The notes under the pieces: model-generated
Seen by the model: only the letters and a program-made list of their open reading frames with translations
Told to the model about the DNA's origin: nothing
Databases searched by the model: none
NCBI GenBank assembly: GCA_973895155.1
Contig: OZ316893.1
Location: 18,914,857-18,978,856, forward strand
Length of the DNA stretch: 64,000 nucleotides
From: Marsupella aquatica
Taxonomy: Eukaryota > Plantae > Marchantiophyta
Direction: 5' to 3'
Translations under genes and position numbers: made by a program
In this document: positions 1-13,400 of the stretch, piece by piece
How positions within the stretch are numbered: position 1 is the first letter of the stretch
Layout of the letters: every line of letters begins with the position of its first letter

Positions 1-490
1 TCCATAAAGAATAAGTATTTGGCACAACATAAACCAAGACTCTATCAATCATGACTCTCACCAAAGTATTAGGCTCCCCTTGAACACTTATACTCTATTA
101 CAAAATAGGTATGACTCCATGGGAAAGAAGTGTTGCCAGAAAATAAACCTTGACTCCATCAAGAAGAAGCATTTCACAAAAACATCAACCAAGACTCTAG
201 AATCATGACTCTTAACCAAAATACTAGGTTGTGCCTAAACACTTAGATTCTCTTATCAAACAAGCATGACTCCCTTGGAAAGAAGTGTTGCCAAAACATT
301 AATCACAACTCCATAGAGAATAAGTATTTGGCACAACATAAACCAAGACTCTATATAAATCATGACTCTTAACCAAAGTACTAGGCTTGCCCTGAACACT
401 TAGACTCTGTTACAAAGTAAGTATAACTCTGTTGGAAAGAAGTGTTGCCAGAACATAAACCACGACTCCACAAGCAAGAAGTTGGTGACA
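1..490. repeat. Degenerate tandem repeat, ~155-bp period (at least 3 copies, runs off the left edge)
   Basis: Unit anchor TCCA(T) recurs at 1, 155, 310 and 467. The block ATAAGTATTTGGCACAACATAAACCAAGACTCTAT is shared by copies 1 and 3, and GAAAGAAGTGTTGCCA recurs in each unit. Confidence 0.85.
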
Positions 491-1647
491 CAAACTTAAG
501 TTGGTCCAACCGGAGCAAGCGAAGGCGCCAAAATAGAAACCCAAAGTTGATCAAGCCGGAGCGCATGAAAAAATGGTAGGATATTGGTTTATGTTTTGCC
601 AAACTTGGGCTGGAGAGGGCAACAGCAATGGGGACTGGGACTGGCAGTGTAAGGCCCCAGGAAAATGAGGGAGCATTAACTTGACTTAGATTTAACTCGA
701 GTACATAGTTATAGAGAGTTTGTCACTAAAAAATGAAATCTGTGGGTCTTAATGCTGATCTATTCGTCTTTTTAGACCAGACCTAGTTGCACTTATAAGA
801 GGTGCAAAAGGTAATGAGAGGAAAAGGGGAAAAATAGCACACCAAGCCAGTGTTTGCATATATGAAAATATGTACTTATGCAGAGGTTCCTCTATACCGA
901 ACCAGTCCGGGGTTGTACAGACTAACGAACGTGGTAACGGTCAGGTATAATTCGAGGTTGTCACAGTGCTTACATCTCACAGTCATCACTATAACCCTTC
1001 GGATATCTTCACTCAGCACCGTGTTCATTACAGCTTGCCACCGTAGAGTCATCGGTAGTCACCATGACGCCAGCGCGGAATTTTATTGCTAGAAACAATA
1101 GTTTTTTAATTTATAAACAATAACAAGAGGGGGCCAGATTGGATACGCCCCCAGACTGCGTGGAAGGGTCCAAGAGGGTCTCCAAGAGTAGAAGCGCGTC
1201 GGACCACCGCTTCAAGGGATCGCAAATTCAGAATCATCGTGCTGACGCTGTATCCCACAACCTGTAGAGTACAGTCCCTGCAAATTCGAGCTCGGGTTCG
1301 AACTCGTAACTACCCGCCTGACCTCGAAGTGCAAGGGCACAATAATGATGACATTCCCGGTGGAGAGGAGGGTTATTCGACGTGTGAATTAGTGCTAACG
1401 CTCGCCATGCGAATTCCCTTCGAAGTGGATTTAATACTCCGTGTCATGTTATTGTCAAGTAGACCCCATTAAAGTCCGAGAATTCGTACGGGAGTGCACT
1501 GACGTCGATAAGGTCGAGAATTATTTCGGTCGAGGGGCCGGAGGGCTGAGGGGCCAGACGACACGACGTGCTGCAGACTCCACCTCATACGATGCTGTCG
1601 TCTTCCTATAAGTGCACAATCTATAAGTGCAATAATTGGGCTAATTG

Positions 1648-1839
1648 CAAGGCATCCCGTTTTTCCCGTATTCTACCCGGCCATTTTGCACTTGTCGCAA
1701 TTTTTTAATTGTGAACGCTCTGTAAGGTTTCATGCACATTTAGAGAAGGCATCCCGTTCTGCCCTTTTTTTACCTCACCATTTTGCACTTTCCTGCATTT
1801 TGTTAAGTGAAAACCCTCTGCAAGGTTTCATGCACACTT
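1648..1839. repeat. Two-copy ~97-bp diverged tandem duplication
   Basis: AAGGCATCCCGTT...CCATTTTGCACTT...CTCTG(T/C)AAGGTTT...CATGCACA occurs twice in tandem. Confidence 0.7.
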
Positions 1840-1856
1840 ATCATAGAATTCCTTTT

Positions 1857-2330
1857 ACTTAAACCACACCTGCCCTGTAGCTCTCATTCTAAAGAGTACA
1901 AGTTCAGAAATGGGCTTTGAGCTCCACAAAAGGTGCTGACTGCAATTTTTTTTTTTGACAAATACTTCACAAAAGGTGCTAGTGTTACACCTTTTATGGT
2001 GAGTAGTGAGACATGGAATGAGGCTTTTATAGTGGCAGGTGTGGTTTAAGTGAAAGTAATATTTATGTAGAGTAAATTAAACTTTATACTTATGAGATAG
2101 GGGTCAGGTGTAAGGGTGAGATGCAGAATTTTGGAGGGAAATCAATTGTTTGCACTTATGCCTTTGTTTGGGGAGAGTGCACTATGAGAGGGACACTCCC
2201 CAAACAAAGCCATAGGTGTGTAAGTTCTACAGTTATGCACAGTTGTACACTCTTGTGTGCAAATCTATAAGTTACCAATCCTTTTCATTTCTTATCCACA
2301 AGTGTACAACTCTGCATGACTCTAGAACTT
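1857..2330. repeat. Cluster of three fold-back (inverted-repeat) structures, MITE-like
   Basis: Perfect 18-bp IR at 1857-1874/2034-2051; near-perfect hairpin at 2153-2218; ~30-bp IR at 2222-2251/2301-2330. Confidence 0.7.
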
Positions 2331-2332
2331 TT

Positions 2333-2727
2333 TTTTGGCCTTGAAAATCTAAAACAGGCCCATGTAACATAGGATAGACTTCCTGCTCTAGAGTATGCAT
2401 TTTTATATAGGGCAGCCACAAGGGGATGATACCCAGGGATTTGACATGGACCCAAACCAGGAGGGAGAGAGAATTAAGTCAGAACCCCAAAGCAGCCAGC
2501 CTGGGGCTGAGGGGATAATCAATACTCTCATCACTACACCCCACCCACACACTCACACATACTCTCCACATCCCTTGGGCTGAGTAGATAATCAATACTC
2601 CCACCACTACACCCCATCCACACACTCACATATACTCTCCACACCCCTTGCGTGTGGAGGGAAGATTGAACCTGGGATCTCTCGGTTTTAGGCTCATCCT
2701 CTGGCAACTGACCAAAGCCAATTGGCT
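2333..2727 (-). mobile_element. tRNA-derived SINE with A-tail, TSD and internal ~71-bp duplication
   Basis: Flanking direct repeat ATGACTCT(A/G)GAACTTTT at 2316-2332 and 2728-2744. The minus strand begins AGCCAATTGGCTTTGGTCAGTTGCC...CCAGGTTCAATC (pol III A/B-box-like) and ends in an oligo-A tail. Internal tandem duplication at ~2504-2650. Confidence 0.75.
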
Positions 2728-4762
2728 ATGACTCTGGAACTTTTGGAAAACTCCACCAAAAAAACCAAATTGGCTATCTTGCAAAGTGTAAACTGCCATG
2801 GGTACCTCCAGTCAACACCCTAGACCTTGAACAGTTTTTAGTATTGGGGCCAACAAGTAAGATTTATGAGTTGGTATAAATTTTGACATGCCGCCTAGAT
2901 TGCATCATCTCAAGTCTATCAGGACAAGAATAACAATTCTCAAGAAGGAAAGTTTTGAGAGATATACTTCATGGACCCCTAAATTGAAAAATGTTACTTG
3001 AATGATCCCTTTTAAGTTTTGGGTAAGTTTATTTACAGTTTGGATCACTCATGGTCCATCAAGTAATAGCACTTTTCATTTTGGGGCTATATCAAGTATA
3101 TATGTCACTTTTCATTTTGCGGGTACATCAAGTAAATCTCTCGGACAGCTTCAAAGGAAATAACTATGCGCGAGTGTCGTTCCCGAACAAGGACACGATA
3201 TGAGGGTGAAATGGGTTTAGAGCACCGGGAAAGAAAGTTTGACCAGGGATGGTATCCTTTGCGGTCACCTCTCTGTTCGTTGTTTCCCCCGTCTAATCCA
3301 CGCTGAAGAATTCCGCGCCACAAATCCTCGTTGGCAGGCCGGATTACGTGGGCGCTGTTGCTGCATTGATTTCTTTGTGGAGATCGAAACGCCGTCTGAT
3401 GCTATCAGGCTGACTGAAGAAAACCAGCAAGGTCTGCATCTAGGGTTGAGGAACAGAGGTAGAGTTCCAGCCATGAAAGAGGTCTGGCTGGGCGAGAGTA
3501 AGGAATGCGTTGGCAATTGCGAGAAAGGTCGGGATTACTATTAGACGGTCGCCGGTTCTACCATTCAGGCCTGTCACACAATTGATTGGAACGTCGTATA
3601 ATCTCGTGCAGATTGGGCTTAGAGTTCTTGTCCATTCCATCGACGGTGGGCTTTACAGCTGAGCTTGTGGACATTGTTCCCTCCGCACACGTTATACAGG
3701 GTGGATAGGATGGGAAATCATTGGCATCGGAGGTTGTAATCGGCTCCAATGAGTAATGAAATTGTCTGGTGCACGTGAATTAGGCCGTCCAGGGTGCGCA
3801 AGAGTTGACTCCGTGGTGTAATCCGCTTTTGGAAGGGAGGCGATTTTTTTGTGTGGATCATGCAGAAGGTCTGCCTCAGGTTTTGGTGGACACACAATCA
3901 GAGGAGCGGAGATTGCCATTTGAGGGGGTTGGTTGTTCAGGTCTTTAGGCTGTCAATCTAGACAGGAATATCTGTTTTGGAAACTGGCAAATAATATTCA
4001 AGAAGAAGATGGAGACGTTGTTGCTTAAGTTTCTTCAAGTTGGACGGGAGTGGACGCCCTGGATTGTGGTTCATCATGGAGAGGCTGTGAAACCACTTGA
4101 ATTATGCTCTGAGGGTTGGTTGATTGTCCTCTGAGGGCAACTAGACTATACCATTGAAATTTTTGCCAGCTTGTCGCCGTAAATCACATTTGCATGACTG
4201 CGTGACGATAACCGGAATACCGTTAGCCTCTCTGCGACGCGAACAATTTCGATTCCTCCCGAATCCTCCTTTTTAGTACACCCATCGTCGATGAAACTAT
4301 TTTACAAGCAGCAATGGGTTCCTTCCGCGCCGGAGAAGAGTCCTTGACAGTGCATTCTTCTTAGAGTTCTATTAGCTCTTTGCATCGTCCGGGAAATGTT
4401 CCTTAAGCCGAGTCTCACTATCAAATTCCTCACAAGGAGGGGTATAGTGAAGCCTTCCGTTTCCCGTTCGAGAGTGCAATGCTAGGTTGAGTGAAGGGCT
4501 ATAGAGTCTAATGAGGGATGGTAATTGGTACAATGGTGAGCTGTTGCTTTCCTCTTCTATCTGCAAACCGACTTGAATCAATCTAGTCTCGTCTCGAGAT
4601 AGGAATATCTCAAAGTGCATGTCAGCTAGTCGTAGGTTTGGCCATAAAGTGGAGTTGGGGTGTCTCAAGTGTCAAAACCATAGTAGAAGGGTCACTTAGT
4701 TGGTGGCATAGGCCGGCTTTTTCTCACCAAGAAACCAGCTCCAGAGGAAATTTTTGGTCGAG

Positions 4763-6280
4763 ATGGTTGCCATATGGGAGTACCGGATAGTTCTACCATT
4801 CACCGTGGAGGAGTACAAGATAGCACAACTGTACATGGTTGCGAAGTACAGTGCCAGTGAGAGCAACGAGGACAATGGAGACGGGGTCGAGGTTTTGAAG
4901 AATGAGCCGTTCGAAGATGGCGATCTTAAAGGGCAATACACCCACAAGCTCTACCATTTAGCTAGCAAGCTTCCCGGTTGGTTAGTATCCCTCATGCCCA
5001 AGAAAGCACTGACACTTGACGAAGAGGCCTGGAATGCGTACCCAAATTGCACCACGATTCTCAAGTGTCCATTCTTCAATAAATTTCGTCTCATTTTGCA
5101 GACAACCCATCTTGCAGACCGGGGAACTACGGAGAACGCCCTGAGTTTGGACGGAAAGACTCTAAAGAAGCGACACGTTGATTTCATTGACATAGCTACG
5201 GACCCCGTTGAAGCATATGTCGAGGAAGAAGATCCCTCCACGTTTAAGTCCAAGAGGACAGGCAGGGGGCCATTGCTAGAAGGCTGGACCCAGAAGTGTG
5301 AGCCTGTCATGTGTGCTTACAAGTGTGTGACAGTGGACGTTCCATATTGGGGATTTGGCTCTCAGGTCGAGAAATTTATTTCGAAGAATGCGCAGCGCAA
5401 AATTCTACTGGAAGGTCATCGGAAGTGCTTCTGCTGGCTGGATGAGTGGCATGGGCTCACCATGGAAGATATAAGAAGAATGGAATACGAGACAACAGAG
5501 GCGATGGCAAGAGCTCGACAAATTGCTCTGAGGAGATTTGAACGAGAGGATGAGACTGACCTCTGCGGTGCTCTGGAAGGTTTAATGGAGGAGGAAATGG
5601 GCCCAGCTAATGTAGGTAGTCAAGAGGATCAACCATTGACACCTAGGCTAAGCATTCAGATACCAAAATCAAAATCGAGCACCCCGTATTCGAGGTCCAG
5701 TACTCCGAGGAGCGCTAGAGATTTTGGTGGCAGTCCGAGCCTGTTAAGGCGGCCCAGCCTCGTGGGGCCATCCATAGCACTTGGGATTGCAACTCTTTCA
5801 GCGTCAGATGTCGATGACTTCAGCCTTGGAGGCTCTGCACCTCCTGTGCCACTCAGGGAATGGGGCTCCCTAGCTTCCCAGAAGCAGAAGCAGAAAGAAA
5901 TTGAGAAGGATCTCGAGAAAGATCAACATGCACAAGACTCGGAGAATGCACTAGTTAGAAACGGATCTTGTGAGTCTTTCAATTCCGTGCATTCCAACAG
6001 TGGGACAGGAGGAGATTCGAGTGTTAATGTCTTGGAGGAAACCCCAGATGCAGCTAAGTATTGCGTGGATGTACTTGATCGAGCCATCAACTGGACCAAG
6101 CAAAGGGCAAAGACCAGTCCGGGTGGTAGTAAGGCCACGGGTAAAATCACTCCTCTGCGCCCTGCTTCTGCAAGTTCTGCAGTGGGTCGACAAGGAGCAA
6201 AAGATGTGGAGCATTGTGTTGGGGTACTTGCAAATGCTCTATCCGTTGTCAGAAAGCGGCCAGTGAAAGTAACACAATAA
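4763..6280 (+). CDS. Phosphatidylinositol transfer protein (PITP/RdgB, IP_trans family) with long low-complexity C-terminal extension; CDS intronless
   Basis: ATG at 4763 (the track start 4754 is TTG). PITP motifs EYRIVLPFTVEEYKIAQLYMVAK, GVEVLKNEPF, GQYTHKLYHL, EEAWNAYP, KSKRTGRGPL, MCAYK, HRKCFCWLDEWHGLTMEDIR. Confidence 0.93.
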   Translation: MVAIWEYRIVLPFTVEEYKIAQLYMVAKYSASESNEDNGDGVEVLKNEPFEDGDLKGQYTHKLYHLASKLPGWLVSLMPKKALTLDEEAWNAYPNCTTILKCPFFNKFRLILQTTHLADRGTTENALSLDGKTLKKRHVDFIDIATDPVEAYVEEEDPSTFKSKRTGRGPLLEGWTQKCEPVMCAYKCVTVDVPYWGFGSQVEKFISKNAQRKILLEGHRKCFCWLDEWHGLTMEDIRRMEYETTEAMARARQIALRRFEREDETDLCGALEGLMEEEMGPANVGSQEDQPLTPRLSIQIPKSKSSTPYSRSSTPRSARDFGGSPSLLRRPSLVGPSIALGIATLSASDVDDFSLGGSAPPVPLREWGSLASQKQKQKEIEKDLEKDQHAQDSENALVRNGSCESFNSVHSNSGTGGDSSVNVLEETPDAAKYCVDVLDRAINWTKQRAKTSPGGSKATGKITPLRPASASSAVGRQGAKDVEHCVGVLANALSVVRKRPVKVTQ

Positions 6281-6306
6281 CCCATAACCGTTAACAGAAC
6301 TTATGT

Positions 6307-6517
6307 TGAATCAGTTGCTGGCACGCGTTTCTCAAATCAAATGCTCTAGTGAGACAGATATATTTGAATGCAGCCAGATTTGAATCAATTGCTGGCAAGA
6401 GTTTCTCAAATCAAGTGCTGCAGTGAGAGATATATTTGAATGCAGCCAGATTTGAATCAATTGCTGGGAAGAGTTTCTCAAATCAAGCGCTCTAGTGAGG
6501 GGGATATCTTGAATGCA
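6307..6517. repeat. ~72-bp tandem repeat (about 3 copies) just downstream of the PITP stop codon
   Basis: TGAATCA(A/G)TTGCTGG...GTTTCTCAAATCAA...AGTGAG...TTGAATGCAG occurs three times. Confidence 0.85.
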
Positions 6518-9500
6518 GGAAAATGTTATCCATTCACTGCATCCTCACATTGCTTCTGGATAGAGGGAGTGTTGCTTGCTGTGTTCATCAATCGATTACC
6601 GAGGTGCAGTACAGTCCTCTGTATTCACCTTCTGGTTGATTTCTGTGCTCTCTTGTACATCAGATAATGGGGACTGACCGGAAGAGGAGGATATATCAAC
6701 TTGACAACATCAATCTTTCCTCATCTTGTAATTTAACCGGATTTTGCCGTAAAGTTTGGCCAATTCTGTCCGTTACTTGCCTGCCTTCTAGCAAATGTCG
6801 GACGCGGGATAGAAGGTTGCCCAGATCCAGGTGAAACTAAACTTGTAACAGCATTGCCGTATTGTAAATAAAATTAGACTGCTCCAACAAGGAAGGCCGC
6901 AGGACTTCGTGGGTACATTCCCTATGACGGGGACGATTAAAAGTAAGTTAGGACTTAGGGGACAGCTAGATCTGCAGAGGAAATTCTATCAATCTGTGGT
7001 TGACAAGTCCATCTAAAGAGGACCTATTGCTTGAAACTTAGAATCATCTGAGCTGTGTCATGGCAGGTCCCATGATTTGTTGAACCACGGAATGTTAGTA
7101 TGATGCCATTGGTCGCCTCTTTACCCTTAGTTTACTTTGACCTTTTCCCTCCATGCCCTCGAGAGTTGACTATTTTTGTTTGTTTTATTGTGAGTTTTAA
7201 GTAGGAAGCTGGATCTGAACTAGTATGGGCTACTCTGGGTTGAAGGTACATGTCTGAGTTTGAAAACTAGATCCATTGCTTTATCTTTGGTGTTTGGGAT
7301 ATCCTGGCTCTTGATTTTTTCTCCCGTCCTTTCTACATCTAATTAAGGATGTTATTCTCACGGACCAGAAGGCCTTAGACTTTTATTTCGTGTGTTGGCT
7401 TGATTGTGTGCATATCACGAGACCGGTAGCTGCTAGCATGTGAAAACTTCTGGGTGTGTTGAGTATCTTCCCATCTGCGTTCTAATGTGTGAACTGTCAA
7501 CGCCCCTGCCCGAAGACTAGGTGCCATCACTACCAGTGAGTACGGCTATTGATACTTATCCGCTGTTTTAGATTTTCATTTCAGATTCTCTTACATCGCT
7601 GCTTGTTAATGTCGAATGGATGGGGTTGTTTACGTGGAGCCTTGTCGGATTGGCGATTGATGTGTAATGAACGATCTCGTTGATTACACTTAACTGCACA
7701 CTTCACACCAAGATCGAAAAGCTCCATTAGGACCAGAAATCTTAACGTCAAACCGCCGAACATACGGGAAACGATTTGGGCCATCAAATGTCCTTGGGAA
7801 ACCTCAATTAAGTGCATGGCAATGGCTGACATCCACATTGAACAATCCCCTAATCTTGAAGAGGATCGAGGGGCCGATGGACCTTAACACTAAGACAACC
7901 TGACGTTACTGTATCGAACCAACACTGGGGCTCATCATTCAGTATGCCAGAACTTGGTGGACTGTAGACATCTGCCTCGCCGTAGATTTGGTGCTACTGT
8001 CCTTGCATAGTGCAAATCGACTTGGGCTCGCTTTGCAAGCTCAGATTCTGAAGGGAGCCAGCAGGCGGCTTTCTCTGTGACGAACTGAATGCGTGACGAA
8101 CTGAATGCATCGGGAAAAACGTTTCGACAGTCCGTGATGGGTACTCTAGGTACAGTACTTCAGGTCCCCACGAAAAGGAGTGGAAGGAAATATTTTTCTT
8201 TCAATGCACGGATATGAATGCTTGAATTTTGGTCTCGTCCTAGATCACGGTAAGTTATTTATGCAGTCCAAGAATTCAATTGAAACGAAATATGCCCACT
8301 GGGAAGGGTTGGTGAGACGCACGAGCTTCACGATTGTCTCATTGCACCCATTATCAGCACTCCCAAGAATCTCAGTGGGGAATATTCTTTCGGAAACTAA
8401 AACCTTGCCTTGATGCCGAAACTAGCCATAACAATTACGAGCTGCACGCATGAGGCAGTCCCACACTAAATATCAAACTTGAATAAGCATAATCTAAATA
8501 TTATTTTTTTGTGATAAGAGATAGATTATGGCCTACTGCTTCACTTTACCGAAGTACCGAAGTAATTTCTCTGGTGACAGAAATTTCTGATATAGTTTTG
8601 TCTCCAAATATGCTTTAATTTGTGATCCAAGTCTACCACTCCTACCCGGTCGAGTCAAGCAATAGGTGGTAAATTATCTGGTTACAGTAATGTGGTATTT
8701 AGACTACTGAGCCTTTCCTGTGCATTTAGCCTAGTTTTCTAGATTAGTGTCCCGATGATGCCCTGCCCATGACATAATCACGCCTACTGTGGTCCTTCTG
8801 TGCTTTTGCACTAGATAAAGTGCATCCAATGTACAAAGAGAAATTTCAAACAGGGATTATGGTAAGCTTGAAGGTGTGCCCACAGGAACAGTTATTTGAG
8901 GGAAATTTCATGTGCATTGGGAAGGGGAAAAAACTTGTGGCCATTCCTCGTGGTAATTCCAAAAGGAGGAGATACTGTAGTATATTCTAAAAGTTGGGGT
9001 GGGGCTGGTTTGCATTCTTAATGCCCTTTGGGATTTTTATCTTTGTAATTTTAAAGGGCATTTATGGAGAAGAATGCACAGTCAATATTTGGATACACTC
9101 ATTATGAGGTTATTCCATATAGTTTTACTAAAAGGAGTAAAAATAGAAATCTATTAGGCCTGAAATGTAGTAAAGTCCTTCAAAACTCCAAAGCACTCAT
9201 CATTTGGTGCATTATGGCACAATGCCTTTTTTTGGTGGTATCATATATAGGATAATTAAGTCTGGGCATAGGTTTACTTGGCTCTAACCTGTAACCAGAC
9301 AACTCCCAGCAACCTTTCTTCCCTACCAAATTTGCAGCACACAACGCTGTGTAAACAGGGCTTTACTATATACTCAATGCCCTTTGCAATTTTCCCATTT
9401 GTATTTTTCAGGGCATTCCGGGAGAATAATGCACTGGTCAAGATCTGGATCCCCTCGTTAGTAAGATTTACCTATACTTTTACTAAATTTGAAAAACAGA

Positions 9501-10433
9501 AAGAATCTCTCAGGCCTTCAAGTGTAATAAAGTACTAAGTGTATTAAAGTACTGTTTCCAGAACATTATGGCTAATAATAGCCACTCAAAACTCGACTCA
9601 ATCTCTCATTTTTTTGGGACATTAAATCCCATAATGTCCTCTAACAGGACTTACTTGAGCTGAAGTTCTCGTTTTTGGGGGCATCCCACAGTGACTAAAC
9701 ACTACTTTACTATATTTGGTTTTGTTTGGCCTTGAAAGCTTTTGGCCTTGAAATCCCAAAGTAGACACATCCAAGAAAGGATAGACGTTTTACTTTGGGC
9801 TACCGTACAGTGGTGACTCTTGAGATGGAGATGCTAGTTCCACTCCCGAGAGAGGCAAAGACGTTTCCTGGGTTTCGGGTATAGTTGGGTATTGTATTAT
9901 TATCGTGGCACACCCCGCACGGAATGCATGGCCACCTGATCTTTCTCGATGACTCGATGACACGCATATTAATTGCACTTGGGTCTTTCAAAAAACTTAT
10001 TTCATTCTCCCTTTTCAGCTCAGTGGAGACAATCGCTTGCGGCTGGCTTACAGGCGGATCAGTAGACGGTTGCTATCGGACCGCAATTGAATAAGGAGGA
10101 ATTTATTTTCGAAGGGTACACGGTCGATGTAGGCCAAATATTGAAGCTGGAGCAATTTGTTTTCGAAGTGGTAGTCAGCAAATTAAGTTCCCCAGTGAGA
10201 TAGAGAAACAGAGAGAATTTGGTCCAGTCCAGAGCACGAAAGGTTGGGTCATGGGTTGAGCGGAAAGTCGAGGAGGGCCTCCCTGAAATTTCGAGCGACA
10301 GAGAGTTGAGTCAAATCATTGCAGGAAAGATAGTGTACAGGTGTTTTGGGTGAGATAGTTGTAATTCAGAGGGATAACGAGATTCGATTGCGAGGGATTG
10401 CGATAAAGCTAACGAAGAAGAGGACTCTTCACG

Positions 10434-13400
10434 ATGATCGCGCTGGGTGCGGGAAGATGGGGGCGGCAATTGTTGGCCCTGAGACGAGAGGTGGTGGACT
10501 CCGCTCGAGTGCTGCTTGGGTCTTCAGGAATTTCCTCGTCGTCCTCCTTGCTTCTCCCATCTGCCGAAGAAGCCACGATTCCTTCTGGGCACTCGCGTAA
10601 CTGGGACCTGCATTGTCTCACTGAGGACCAGCAGCAATTCCAGTCTCTCGCCTCGGTATGGTTCCAGCCAATTGTTCATAGTCTTCGCGATCACTAGTCA
10701 CTCTCTGAGAGTTGTGTACTTGCAACATCGATGACCTATCTTTATTTACGTTTAGTTAAATTTTTACAGAGGCCCACTCCCAGTCAGATCACCAGGAGCT
10801 TGAATGCAGTAGACAAACAGGGTTGATGTTCACAATATGAAGAAATGAAATTATTAACATTGTCAGACCATTGCCGAGCTGGTTTTCATTCGTCCGTCAA
10901 GGCAGTCATAAGTTTAGCCAGTTTTTTAGTTAATTCAGAGCACCGATTTCAAGAAATAATGTTATACGCACCGACAGGTTAATGAAAACGCGATACTTCT
11001 AATTGCTCCTCACTGTCAAAGCTATGAAATGTCGTGCGCTCTGTTAATTATAAAAAAATTCGAAAGTTAAGATCTAGGAGTTGAGGAGATGGCGTAATGG
11101 TCCAAATCTATCTTGTGAACACACGAAATAAAATTTGATGAAGATTTTGTGAAATTCGAATTTGGATGCGTTAATCTCGAACGGATCTATGGACTGAGAT
11201 GGGAATAATAGTCCCACGAAAAATCGACTCTGGCCTCTGCAGTGACTCTTTCGCAGCTCATCATAATAAAATCACTTGCTTCTTTGCACGCAGGACTTCG
11301 CTCAGAAGGAAATGATCCCTTTCGCTGCAAAATGGGATGAGCTTAAACATTTTCCAGTGGACGTGCTTCGCAGTGCTGCGAAGTTGGGCTTCGGGGGGAT
11401 TTTCTGTGGTCAAGATGTTGGGGGTACTGGGTACGTACCGCATTTTGATGTCATGACCAGGGATATTTATGTGCATTCTGGAGCTCTTGCGGACAAAAAC
11501 CGTTCTCTCCTTTCATTTTCTAGCAATCCTTTCGTTATGAAATCAGAAGTCGTTATGAGGATCTGTCCTCAACAAAGTTCAAATCATTGAATTTGGGCGC
11601 GTTATTGTCGGGCTCGAGCTGATAGGCGACAGGTCACAATTCTAGAGCGTATTTTTAGTGTCCCTGAGTTTCTGGAATGGCATTGACAGGTTAAGCCGGG
11701 CTGACGGAGCTGTAATTTTTGAGGCCTTAGCTTACGGTGATATTTCGACAACTGCCTATCTCACAATCCACAACATGTGCTGCTCTATTATTGACAGGTA
11801 GAAGCAGCTTCCCCCAAAAGTCAGCGTCAATCTTGGCATCCTGAGGATCTGACTTGTTTTGCTTGACCTCTTATCTGCTGTCAATCACACAAAAAGCAAG
11901 AGTGAGCTTTTAATAACTCTAGAAATCGTCGCATTATTACAGTAATAACGCTTACATCAGACTCGCTGAACGAAACAATTCTCCGAAGTACAAGTCAAGG
12001 TCAGGCCCCATTAAGGACACGGCAGCACAGATTTCATTGCTCAAACAGGGATTGATGGGTCCGGTCTTACTATTACTATCGAAACTTTCTTTGGCATACA
12101 AAGCTCGTGATTATCCTTCGTGAATGATGTCATTGTAGGTTTGGCACTGAGGAACAGCGTCAGGCTTGGTTACCAGCTCTCACAAGAATGGTAATTGTTA
12201 AGCTGAAAAACAATATTGGCTCTGAGGATATTAAAGTTCATTTCAGTCCAGCAATTCTTATTCAGATCATGCGGTGCACTTGTACTGTGTTAGTGAAGTA
12301 ATGAGGATCGGTGTTCTATGCGAGATGTATGTCATTCGGTCTATCCATTGAATTCATTCGGTCTGGAATGGATTCAGACTTTGAGTTTTATAGCCAAAGC
12401 GAATACAGAAGGTAAGCATTAGATAATTTCGGTTTCTTATGCCAGACCATAACTCTTCTCAGAGGGGTGAGGCTGCTACTGAATATAAGTCTGAAGTTCT
12501 CTATTGAAGATACTTGGTGCCAAGTAACACAACGTTAACCTCTGACACTCTTGAAACATGAATTGCCCTGACTTTGTTTCACAGGAATACTTGTCCTCGT
12601 ACTGTTTGACGGAACCAATGAGTGGGAGTGATGCTGCTTCATTGCGGGTACCGTTCTAAAAGTTAACCCATGTTTGGGATGTATTAGAGAAATTTGCAAG
12701 ATGAAGAGAGTTAGGGTTGAAGTGTAAGAATTCTGTGCCTCAAATTGCCGCCATGAAAATATAAGCAAAGCCAACTTTCAAAAGTGTTTGGTTTATTTCT
12801 GTTATCCCTTGAACTAGTCAGTCGCGTTTGACATGAAGGCTTACCAACAGTAGACTTGTTTATGATTGATCTTCTAGATTAGAAAGCTTGGGTAGTGTCT
12901 GGATTTTGTCATTCTGTGCTAATCTCTCTCTGGTTTCGTTGTCAAGTTTTGTGATCTGTCATGTTTGTAGTGCTTGAGTGTTTCGGTCCATGCCAAATGT
13001 GCCTATGCAGACCACTGCTCGGAGGGATCCAGGGAGTACCGACTATATCCTGAGAGGAGAGAAGGTACGAATTAAATGGAATGTTTTGTTTTCAATAACT
13101 TAAGCTAGGCTTGAAAGTGGGGTCCATATCAGCGAGACTGACGACCTCGTTTTTGGTAGTTTCGCCTACTGTGATTCGTTTCTCCTACCCCTTTTGAATC
13201 TTGGAGGTACATCACTGATTGATTTTACTGAACTGGGCATTGAAATCTGGGGCAGGCGTTCGTAAGTGGAGGCGGGTATAGTGATATTTACTTAGTAATG
13301 GCCCGCACTGGTGGTGAAGGAGCGAAAGGAATATCTTGCTTTATCGTCGAGAAAGTACAACCTACTCATCGATCATATTAAACCTGTTGTCGAACTCGTT

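Noticed and set aside
1285-1340. tRNA gene around GGTTCGAACTC
   Set aside because: Only a B-box-like palindrome; I could not build an A-box or cloverleaf.
4951-6285. Antisense and alternative-frame ORFs over PITP (and likewise over LACS, UGT and TE ORFs)
   Set aside because: Shadow ORFs of real coding sequence with no independent motifs.
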